Of a stretch of DNA of 10,544 nt, positions 1 to 8,807 are shown piece by piece. The stretch covers positions 1 to 10,544 of the forward strand of contig JBHGNT010001264.1 in NCBI GenBank assembly GCA_043228905.1, read 5' to 3'. Origin of the DNA: Azolla caroliniana. Its lineage: Eukaryota; Plantae; Polypodiophyta. The notes under the pieces were generated by a model, which saw only the letters and a program-made list of their open reading frames with translations, ran no database searches and was not told where the DNA came from. How positions within the stretch are numbered: position 1 is the first letter of the stretch; every line of letters begins with the position of its first letter. The position numbers and the translations under genes are program-made.

Positions 1-784
1 CCGAAGGAGCTGCACGTCTTCGAATCCAAACCATTGCTCCTTACCCTACACCACAAGATGCCATCAACCTAAGCCCAAATTCAATTCTCATAAATACTTA
101 CAAATTGATCAGACTCAAATCCTTGGATGAACTCCTCGACCAACATTCGAATGGTTTGCATCACGTAATACCCACAATCCGTCCCATTAGGTTGGGTTGG
201 GATATGCAATACTTGGAACCGCTCGTTGTTGATGATGCAATGGTCGTGTGTGGCCGATTGCTCTTCTTCTTCTTCTATCTTTAGCCCCTGAGACAGTACT
301 ACACGGATGCCATGTGCCTTCTGTAAGTGAGCCTCCATGTCAGCTTTTTTGCGAAACCATTGTACCTCTTTTCTACATGAATCTCCAATTATACATGTGC
401 GACATTTGATACCTGTCGAGTCTCTTCCCGCCTTGAAGAGGGACATGGGGTCCACTACAACAATGGTGTGACATTTGCATTAGAAAAACTCAAGATATAC
501 TTACTTCAATAATGATTATAAGAATGTACATCAACTCACCATTTACACTGATATCTTCAACACCTGGCCCCACGTCATGTATGGGGTTCGTATCCATGTT
601 CGAGTCTTCAGTAATGATGTTTTCAACATCCATATTGTTGGATTTGGGGCACCTAGCACCCTTTCTTACAAAAACCCTAAACCATCATTCAAGTTAGCAC
701 ACAAACATCACTATTTATACACAATATAAAGTTGAGAAATGATTCATGCCATACCTCCCTTCATAGGGTATTGTTTCACCCAAT
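1..784 (-). CDS. Spliced, probably transposon-borne gene: C2H2-like zinc finger plus C-terminal half of a Ulp1/C48 (SUMO) peptidase; 3' end runs off the window, 5' end undetermined
   Basis: Minus-strand exons 784-755 (tentative), 676-540, 454-102 and 45-<1. GT-AG introns that keep frame: 754-677, 539-455 (GTGAGT...CTAAT...TTGTAG) and 101-46 (GTAAGT...TAG). The spliced product contains KCRTC-x12-FRKKADMEAHLQKAH, PTQPNGTDCGYYVM (C48 QxNxxDCG motif, 194-171) and, across the last intron, DQF|GKEQWFGFEDVQLLR, which resembles the WFxxEE/DxxxLR tail of ULP2/OTS-type proteases. No upstream HW catalytic motif was found, so it may be a pseudogene. Confidence 0.65.
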
Positions 785-1734
785 CTGCATCAAAGTCTAT
801 GAAGGTCTTGGACTGACTAGCCATCTATACAAAACACATGCCATCTTCAAAAACCACCAATGGATCTACGATCATATTTGGACATCATATTTGAAGCAAT
901 CATGAGACATATACACAAGTTGTCTATGTTCTCACAAATGTACTGCCACACATTTTTGTGTGGATGTACACTCCATTGGGTATTTGAGCCTTATATGCAT
1001 CGTAGGCACAACGGAAACATGATTAAACCCCATTTATAAGACCGAATATGTTGATCTTATATATTGACACTTGTTTACCTAGAACCAATATACGTTTTTC
1101 GTTACCCATAATAAATGTGTTCATGGCTTGTAATAAATGTGCATATTCTTATGTTATGCTTGATTTTCACTTTTACATAAATGCCTTTAATGTTTCCTTA
1201 GTAATTGGTAGAGTCCAAAACATTACCATATGTTTGTCTTTAAATTCAAGAATACTTGAGTCTATCCTATTGTTTCTACACAATACATTAGTGTTAAGGA
1301 TTTTGGAATGGACAAAAACTGTCAATGATTTCAAAAAATAGATCAATCTTAACAAATTCTAACATATCAATGTCAATAATTTAAAATTCATGAATGCTAC
1401 TTGCAGTTTTTATTTTAGTTTTTGTAATATATATACATAGAGGGCACATTCTAAATTAAGGGAGATAGCCATAATAATGATACGTTTTAAATCATAGTGA
1501 TAGTTCATGAGTCCATGACAAATAGTTGGTCTTCATGGAGAATCCTAATTTCATTCAGCAATAATTTATCATTTATCATTTAGAATACTATAATGGACAC
1601 AACGTTTTACTTCCAACTTAAAACATACTCACGTAGACTTACATAGCACACAACTTTTTTTAGTAAGCATTCATTACATTACTATTATTTGGGGAGAAAA
1701 AACGCAAAGAATGTATACAAGATTTGAGATTTGA

Positions 1735-1837
1735 CATTCAAATGTGGGCATAAAAAAGCCCAATAATGCATGAATCACATGGGCAAATTCAAGCATTCAA
1801 ATGTTGGCATTTATGTAGATGGGCAAATTCAAGCATT
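1735..1837. repeat. Short local duplications
   Basis: CATTCAAATGT(G/T)GGCAT occurs twice (~1735, ~1794) and ATGGGCAAATTCAAGCATT occurs twice (1779, 1819). Confidence 0.75.
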
Positions 1838-1987
1838 GTTAATTTAAACATTAACTAATTCAAATTTTGGGTTATAAAATGTTTATATTTTTTTGTAACA
1901 TACATTCCCTTGAGAAAAAAGTATTATTTTTGGGGAATTGTTTCTTTGAAGAATAAAGACCTATTTCTTCTATTGTAGGGTAAAAAA

Positions 1988-2440
1988 CTAATATGGATGA
2001 CGATTGCTTGAATACACATAGACAAGTATTATTTTTATTCCATGTCTACTCAAAATCATGGCTGATTGCTTGAAGACACAATAGAAGGAATAAAACCATA
2101 TTAGGTTCAAGCAATCATCCATATTAGGTTGATGGTTTTTATGACATGGAATAAAACCTAAACCTAATAGAAGGAATAAAAACCTAATATGGATGATGAT
2201 TGCTTGAATACATATAGACAAGTATTAATTTTATTCCATGTCTACTCAAAATCATGGCTGATTGCTTGAAGACACAATAGAAGGAATAAAACCATATTAG
2301 GTTCAAGCAATCATCCATATTAGGTTGATGGTTTTTATGACATGGAATAAGCCCTAAACCTAATAGAAGGAATAAAAACCTAATAGAAGGAATATGATAC
2401 CTAATAAAAACCTAAACCTAATAGAAGGAATATGATACCT
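1988..2440. repeat. 196-bp tandem duplication followed by CCTAATAGAAGGAATA sub-repeats
   Basis: Copies at 1988-2183 and 2184-2379 are nearly identical. The short motif is then reiterated to ~2440. Confidence 0.92.
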
Positions 2441-2617
2441 ACCTACTAACTATTGCAGGTGCTCGCGGACAATAGGTGTTGTGCCTCACTGAAGATGTCT
2501 GCAACAAGTGCTCGCAAACAGCAAGTGGTGCGCCTCGCTCAAAAACCCTAAACCCTCAACCTCACGCTTCCTTCTTTGCAAATAAGAAAAAAATGATAGA
2601 AAAAAAGGGTTTTTATA
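2441..2617 (-). promoter_or_regulatory. Putative core promoter and non-coding first exon
   Basis: Minus-strand TATAAAA at 2617-2611, then a pyrimidine tract, a telo-box-like AAACCCTAAA (~2543-2552), a GC-rich leader and a candidate donor AG|GTAGGT at ~2442. Confidence 0.4.
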
Positions 2618-2861
2618 CTTCCCTCAAACTAATGAGAAGGGCTCCCTTTCACAAAGTGGAGCCCTTCTTTAATGAGATGGGCTCCGTTTTTAATGAGTCG
2701 GGCTCCCTCTTTAATTGGTGCACTTTTTCGTGCCTTTTCCACAGCCACATTGGATGGTGCAGATCGCACGCGCCCTCATCTAGCGACCTGCACCATCCCT
2801 CTCTGTGATTCCCTCACTTGCCCTCTTTAATATTTGGTAGTAGTTAGACACCACGATATCA

Positions 2862-3074
2862 ATATGTATATAATGAATGTATATGTGTATGTATAGATGC
2901 ATGCATGCATGTATTATTGAATGAATGAATGTATACATATGTGTATGTATGTATGTAATGAATGAATGTATGTATGCAATGAATGAATGAATGAATGAAT
3001 GTAATGAATGTATTTATGTATACATGCATGTATTTATATGTATGTATGTTTGCATGTGTGTGTGTGTGTGTGTG
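2862..3074. repeat. Compound microsatellite (ATGT/ATGA/ATGC)n ending in (TG)10
   Basis: Directly visible low-complexity tract; the TG run spans 3055-3074. Confidence 0.95.
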
Positions 3075-3915
3075 AAAAAACGAAGAAGATATTCATTCAA
3101 TAGTGTAAGCAATTTACGTACTTTTGATGCTTAAGTGATCCACGGATTGAACAAACTATCTTGGTTTGCCGAGAGTGCGAAAAAGGATTGCCATTCTTCG
3201 AGAACATAAGTGGAGTACCTTCCCACAGAGTAAGAAATTAATGACGTTGAGCAACTTTAGCTTCAGAATCTCCATTAATACAAACCCATTTCCCCTTTAA
3301 AGTATGAGTCATGTCCAACCAGATATTACTTTCCAATTCAACTAGTGAAGCTCTAACTTGATGAATACGACAGAGCAATGAGCCTTCCAGATGTAGTATA
3401 TAGTACCTAAAAACTGCATGGACTCTAATGGAAGTTAGTGTTTAAACCATGGTCCACAGATTCGGCGTCATAATGAAAAATAGAGCAGACAAGCGATGTC
3501 CAAACCGCCATGCCCCATATGACTATCGATGAGGGAAAGTAATTAGCAAATTATTCTTAAGAGGCATTTCCAGACCAATTGAGACTCAAAGCAATCCCAT
3601 AGACAATGTTTTTGAGTTTCAGCTTGCAAATGACAGTGAACACAACTAGAGGATACACCCATATTATGCAGCCATGTGGCAACATGCAAGGCTCAATGCA
3701 TAAGTAGCCACTGCGCATGAAGTATTTGTCAGGATTGTTTTCTTTCCCATAGGTTAACCAAGAATTTAGCAAGAAACTTCAGAGTAATACCATGTTGACT
3801 TCAATATTAAAATGCAGTTGGTAACACATCCCTTCTACCCATGAAAACATGTATTCCCAATTGTACAAAATATTGGAAAAAATTAAAGTTTTTACTAGTA
3901 AATGGATCCGTCCAT
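3075..3915 (-). mobile_element. Degenerate 3' end of an L1-clade LINE (ORF2 C-terminus with zf-RVT CCHC knuckle)
   Basis: A minus frame absent from the ORF track (internal stops) reads ...LVNLWERKQS*QILHAQWLLMH*ALHVATWLHNMGVSSSCVHCHLQAETQKHCLWDCFESQLVWK (knuckle 3644-3591), then IYYIWKAHCSVVF (IWKAHC at 3392-3375; L1 IWKxRC/N motif) and IWLDMTHTLKGKW. It is cut at 3915 by the Copia LTR. Confidence 0.85.
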
Positions 3916-4365
3916 TGATAATCAGTTGGGTCCCATGCCAATCTAAACAAAGGTTGTTGTTGAGAGACAAGCTCAATGTTGGGAGCGTAAATGGGTGCGT
4001 AAAACCGTATGCAAAATATGGCCATAGTGGTATGTAAACCGAGAGGTCATTAGAATGTTATTCCTCGTAAGGAATAATTTTGGGGGTAAGTGTAGGATGC
4101 TCATTTATGAGCAGTCAGATACTGTAAGTACTTGTGTCAGCCCGATAGTCAAGGCTTGTATAAAAGGTGCTCACTGAGCACCAAGTATGTACAGAGAACA
4201 TATAGAGAATTATTTTTGAACATAGTTACGTTTCTGCTCTCTCTGTCTCTGTCTCTGTCTCTCCCTCTCCTTCTCTGTGATTTCTATGTTTTATCGAACT
4301 GTCGTAATTCCGAACCGTGTACTCAGTGTCTTACGCATACGCTTCCGCACACGTATTCTTTTACA
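3916..4365 (+). repeat. Copia 5' LTR (450 bp)
   Basis: TGATAATCAG...TCTTTTACA, direct repeat of 4872-5362, TATAAAAG at 4159-4166, CT-rich tract, immediately followed by the PBS. Confidence 0.93.
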
Positions 4366-4377
4366 TGGTATCAGAGC
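4366..4377 (+). promoter_or_regulatory. Primer binding site, initiator tRNA-Met
   Basis: TGGTATCAGAGC directly after the LTR's terminal CA; canonical plant tRNA-iMet PBS. Confidence 0.95.
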
Positions 4378-4468
4378 GTGAGGGTTGAGACTCCTCTACA
4401 GCTAATAGATAAACTTGCGATAAAGACAGAGTTAAGTTATTGTTTTTCGGAAAGGATAAGACAACAAT

Positions 4469-4757
4469 ATGGACAGAGGAATGGGAAGCTTGCTACCGAC
4501 TAAGAAGTTCGATAGGAGCAACTACGCATCTTGGTCGTACAAGATGCACCCGTATCTGCTTGGTCATGGCTACTAGAGTTATGTCGATGGAGCTAATGAT
4601 GCAGCACCTGAATTGACACACAGAGATTTTTCGGCTTGGGAACAAGTGGCAAGCAGAGTTCTTTACTGCTTCGCGTCCTGTGTGAGCGACCAACTCTTGA
4701 GCTACATTCGAGATGCTAAGACGCCAAAGGATGTGTGGGTGAATCTAAAGAGGATTT
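4469..4757 (+). pseudogene. gag: Copia gag N-terminal fragment
   Basis: MDRGMGSLLPTKKFDRSNYASWSYKMHPYLLGHGY*SYVDG...SYIRDAKTPKDVWVNLKRI matches the Copia gag NYxxWxxxM and AxTxxxxWxxL motifs; one premature TAG. Confidence 0.85.
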
Positions 4758-4758
4758 C

Positions 4759-4871
4759 AAGCACATTGAGGTGGACTACCATTTTGTCTGCGAGCGTGTC
4801 CTTTCTAGTGAAGTCGAACTGGCGTATGTTTCGACGGGTCGGCAGATTGCCGACATCTTCACCAAGCCCCT
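4759..4871 (+). pseudogene. pol: Copia RNase H C-terminal fragment
   Basis: KHIEVDYHFVCERVLSSEVELAYVSTGRQIADIFTKP(L), carrying the diagnostic KHI..YHF..E and ADIFTK motifs. Confidence 0.92.
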
Positions 4872-5216
4872 TGATAATCAGCTGGGTCCCATGCCAATCT
4901 AACCAAAGGTTGTTGTTGAGAGACAAGCTCAACGTTGGGAGCGTAAACGGGTGCGTAACCCAGTGCGTAGACTGGGTGCGTAAAACCATACGCAAAATAT
5001 GGCCATAGAGGTATGTAAACCGAGAGGCCGTTAGAATGTTATTCCTCGTAAGGGATGATTTTGGGGGTTAGTGTAGGATGCTCATTTATGAGCAGTCAGG
5101 TATTGTAAGTACTTGTGTCAGCCCGATAGTCAGGTCTTGTATAAAAGGTGCTCATTGAGCACCAAGTATGTACAGAGAACATATAGAGAATTATTTTTGA
5201 ACATAGTTATGTTTCT

Positions 5217-5258
<42 letters not shown>

Positions 5259-5362
5259 CCCCTCTCCTTCTCTGTGATTTCTGTGTTTTATCGAACTGTC
5301 GTAATTCTGAATCGTGTACTCAATGTATTACGCATACGCTTCCGCATATGTATTCTTTTACA
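4872..5362 (+). repeat. Second Copia LTR (491 bp)
   Basis: Same termini as 3916-4365. About 25 substitutions over ~415 aligned nt by hand count, plus a 25-nt indel in a GGGTGCGTAA repeat and a 16-nt difference in the CT tract. Confidence 0.93.
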
Positions 5363-5662
5363 ATTGTTTATCCAACACCCACAACTTCCAATGTGGCTTC
5401 CACACACGTATTCCATCGTCGAGGACCTTTAACAGAAGTTGAAAAGCAGAGACGTCGAGCGAACCACCTATGTTTATATTGTGGTGGTCCAGGACATATA
5501 GCGATAAATTGTCCTCATTGACCTAGGCGTCAAGTTTTCCAAGTAAGTGCTAGTACTAAATTGGATCTCGATTCTCCAAATACATCTAGCAATCCTAGTA
5601 GCCCTACACCTTCAAATCGTTTTGAAGTACTTAGCCAACTAGATGAGGTGTTAAATGAGTAA
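5363..5662 (+). pseudogene. gag: Gypsy gag C-terminus with CCHC zinc knuckle
   Basis: CLYCGGPGHIAINC at 5471-5512; premature TGA at 5519; frame ends LNE* (TAA 5660-5662). Confidence 0.9.
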
Positions 5663-8600
5663 ATCCAGCCAAAATAGGAGCCATTTACTTCGATGAAATT
5701 GGTTCCATTTCATCGAACCAATTTAATAGGGTTTTTGCGGCACAAGTTGAGCTTCGTACCTCTAGATGTCATAAGGTCTTCGCATATGCTCTCTTAGATT
5801 CAGGAGCCAACTCTTGTTTCATGGACCAAAAATTTGCTTTGACACATAATATCTTATTAAGACCATTACATTGTCTAGTATCAGTCACAATCATAGATGG
5901 TCGACCCACTGCCTCTGGAGATACAACTGAAGAGTTTGAATCAGTTCGTGTAGTTCTCGGTGATTTAGCTTGTGTCATCTCATTCAATATCATACATAGT
6001 CAAGAGCATCTCATTGTCCTTGGTCTACCTTGGTTTGAGCTTCACAACCCCCAAATTGATTGGAGGAAACGAGTTATCCTAGAATCCAAGAAAAACCATA
6101 TATTAGATTTCCCTATTGCTTATAACCCAAATTTAGAATTCCATAAGATCTCAACAATATCTTCGGAAAACTTACACAAAGAGGGAGAGAAAGAATAAAT
6201 GTTTATATTTGCGATAATAACAATGCCAACACCAACTCAACAGAAGTAGAGTACCTTACTTCCAACCAAGTATCAAGAATTCCAAGATGTCTTCAATAAG
6301 GACAAAGCTGCTAGACTCCCAGAACATCGACCTTACGATTGTCCTATTGATCTTCAGCCAGGAAAAGATCCACCGTGGGGACCCATTTATAGTTTATCAC
6401 ATGAAGAGCTCAAGTTTCTTTGAGACTATATCGACGAAAATTTAGCTACTGGATTTATTTGTCATTCCAAATCTCCTATTGGCGCACCAATATTTTTTGT
6501 CCAGAAGAAAGATGGATTGCTTCGTTTGGTCATAGATTATCGAGGATTAAACAAAATCACAATTCGAAACAGGTATGCCTTACCTTTAATACCAACACTT
6601 TTGGAGCGGTTGAGTGGAGCCAAATACTTTACAAAGATCGATCTTAGAGGTGCTTATAATCTAGTTCAAATTCGTCCGGGTGATGAATGGAAAACTGCAT
6701 TTCGCACTCGATATGGTCATTTTGAGTATACAATTATGCCTTTCGGTCTCACAAATGCTCCTGCTATTTTTCAACATATGGCCAATGATATTTTTCGAGA
6801 CTTCTTAGATATATTCACCATCATTTATTTGGATGATATCTTGATATTTTCCAAGACTCAAGAAGAGCATGATGAGCATGTACGCCAAGTTCTTCTACGA
6901 TTACACGAATGTGGTCTATATGCTAAACTCGAGAAATGTAGTTTGGATCGCAACCAAGTGGAATTCCTAGGGTACATAGTATCACCATATCTATGGATCC
7001 AGCAAAGGTGCAAACAATTCTAGAGTGGAAAACACCACTATCTGTGTCCAATGTTTCTTGGGATTTGCGAATTTTTACCGCAAATTCATCAGGAACTACT
7101 GAAAGAAGGTTCTGCCTCTTACACAATTAACACATAAAAACCAACCATTCATATTGAATTCTAGTGCTGCTGAGGCATTCGAAAGCTTAAAACGTGCATT
7201 CACATAAGCTCCTATTTTGATCCATGCTGACCAAGACAAGCCTTTTATTTTGGAAGCTGATGCATCAGATTTTGCACTCGGGAGTGTCCTCTCACAACCC
7301 AAAGAAAACGGGCTATTATATTCAGTTGCTTTTCATTTGCGGAAATTTAAAGCTGCGGAAATTAATTATGAGATTCACGACAAGGAGCTTTTGGCTATTG
7401 TAGACTCTTTTGAGCATTGGCGCCACTTCTTGGAAGGTTCTCCCCATCAAATCATTGTCTATAATGATCACAAGAACCTAACATATTTTCTGAATGCTCG
7501 AGTCTTAAATCGTCGACAGGCTCGTTGGGCACAATTTCTTACACGGTTTGATTTCTTGATCGTGTATCGCCCCGCAATACACCAAGGAAAGGTAGATGCG
7601 CTATCTCGGCATTCGTACATGGCACCCTGTTTAGGGGAACCTACTTTTGATCATCAAAAACAAATCCTCCTTGGTCCTGATCGTTTACAAGTGATGGCCG
7701 CTAATGCTTTTAAGACGCCTACAGACTCAATACTTATAAGTACGATTCGTATTGATCTTGAAGCAGAAGAATTTGCACAAGATGACTTGAATCATATTAT
7801 TCCAGTTCGTGCTTCTTGTTCAAGGTCTGTGAATTCTCGTAAAGATTATAATCAGTTCAGTTGGCATGATAATTTACTTTTTCGAAATAATTTACTTTAT
7901 GTCCCTGATGGCCGTTCTTGACTCCTTATTTTACAACACTGCCACGACATGCCAATGGCTGGACATTTTGGAGTTCACAAAAATTTGGAATTAGTTTCTA
8001 GAAATGATTGGTGGCCGCGTCTTCATAATTATGTTGAAGACTACATTCGCCGTTGTGATGCATGTTGTCGGTCCAAGTGTCCTCAACATCGACCATATGG
8101 TTTACTCCAACCCTTACAAGTTCCTGATGGTCCTTGGATGTCTATATCTATGCATTTCATTACCGATCTTCCATCTTCCAAGGTTTTTATTCCATCCTTA
8201 CTGTTATAGATCGGTTCACTAAGATGGCACATTTTCTACCATGCACAAAGACTATTAATAGTCAAGAGACAACTGATTTGGTTAGCGTGAAGTGTTTTGG
8301 CATCATGGTCTTCCTGATGACATCATTAGTGATCGAGGACCACAATTTATCTCAACATTTTGGAAACACTTGCTTGGGCTCCAAATTTATATTAAACTCT
8401 CTTCAAGCTATCATCTAGAGACTGATGGTCAAACCGAGTGCACCAATCAAACCTTGGAACAATACCTTCGTTGCTTCATCAATTATCAACAAGATGATTG
8501 GGTAGATTGTTTACATTTTGCAAAGTTTTCTTACAACAATTCAATTCATTCTTCTACCAAACTTACTCCCTTCTTTGCCAACACGGGTGTTCATCCCCGT

Positions 8601-8807
8601 TGGATAAATGCTTGACCACCCAATAATCTCGAAAAACCCTATTGCGGAGGATCACATATGTCATATTTGAGAAATTCATATTGCTCTTTCTCATCATTTA
8701 CATGATACCCAAGCCACCCATAAGAAATTTGCAGATCGCCATCGACTCAACTCATCACCAGAAAACCCAAATTTCAAGTTGGAGATTATGTATGGCTCTT
8801 ACGACGT
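5659..8807 (+). pseudogene. pol: Gypsy pol: aspartic protease, reverse transcriptase, RNase H, integrase
   Basis: LLDSGA (5791-5808); [17 protein letters not shown] and YLDD (6826-6837); ADASD and DHKNL (RNase H); HD..AGH...CDAC (INT zinc finger); SMHFITDL (first catalytic Asp apparently changed to His), SDRGPQF, TDGQTE; FQVGDYVWLLRR up to the insertion. Confidence 0.95.

Larger units (their letters stand above)
1..2845 (-). mobile_element. Probable CACTA (En/Spm)-like DNA transposon, one end in the window
   Basis: The reverse complement of 2831-2845 is AACTACTACCAAATA, one mismatch from a CACTACTA-type TIR. Subterminal GGGCTCC repeats occur in both orientations (2639, 2658 inverted, 2679, 2700), followed by an inward-facing TATA box, a GC-rich leader and Ulp1-like cargo. 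The other TIR, the TSD and a transposase are not visible. Confidence 0.45.
3916..5362 (+). mobile_element. Internally deleted, non-autonomous Ty1/Copia LTR retroelement (1447 bp)
   Basis: Two related TG..CA LTRs, a tRNA-iMet PBS, and a Copia gag N-terminus fused to the Copia RNase H C-terminal motif. Confidence 0.93.

Noticed and set aside
81-455. ORF-track 124-aa protein as a standalone CDS
   Set aside because: Its GTG start and VSIYEN* end overlap splice sites (acceptor at 455, donor at 101); it is better explained as an internal exon.
1988-2440. CRISPR-like array
   Set aside because: The intervening sequences are themselves duplicated rather than unique spacers, the context is eukaryotic, and no cas genes are present.
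2444-2460. Plus-strand TACTAAC...TTGCAG branch point and acceptor
   Set aside because: Branch-to-AG spacing is very short and no supporting plus-strand exon chain was found; a minus-strand leader fits better. Not fully excluded.
512-2808. Short ORFs 512-697, 1048-1341, 1173-1355, 1988-2221 and 2476-2808
   Set aside because: They are antisense to exons or lie in AT-rich, repeat or promoter sequence, with no recognisable motifs.
4078-4100. TTTGGGGGTAAG|TGTAGG as PPT plus true LTR start (would give TGTA..TACA termini)
   Set aside because: Both repeat copies extend 175-200 nt further left to the same TG boundary against unrelated flanks, and the tract is a poor PPT. Kept only as a minor alternative.
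3557-4503. ORFs 3557-3772, 3779-3976, 3807-4025, 3849-4037 and 4132-4503 as genes
   Set aside because: They are off-frame or partial readings of the LINE remnant, or read across LINE/LTR and LTR/leader junctions.
4613-5008. 131-aa ORF as a novel fusion protein
   Set aside because: It is gag read-through into out-of-frame RNase H and LTR sequence, downstream of a gag stop codon.
5769-8418. Overlapping or antisense ORFs within pol (5769-5993, 6420-6647, 6923-7126, 7096-7302, 8004-8222)
   Set aside because: Shadow frames of the decayed pol.
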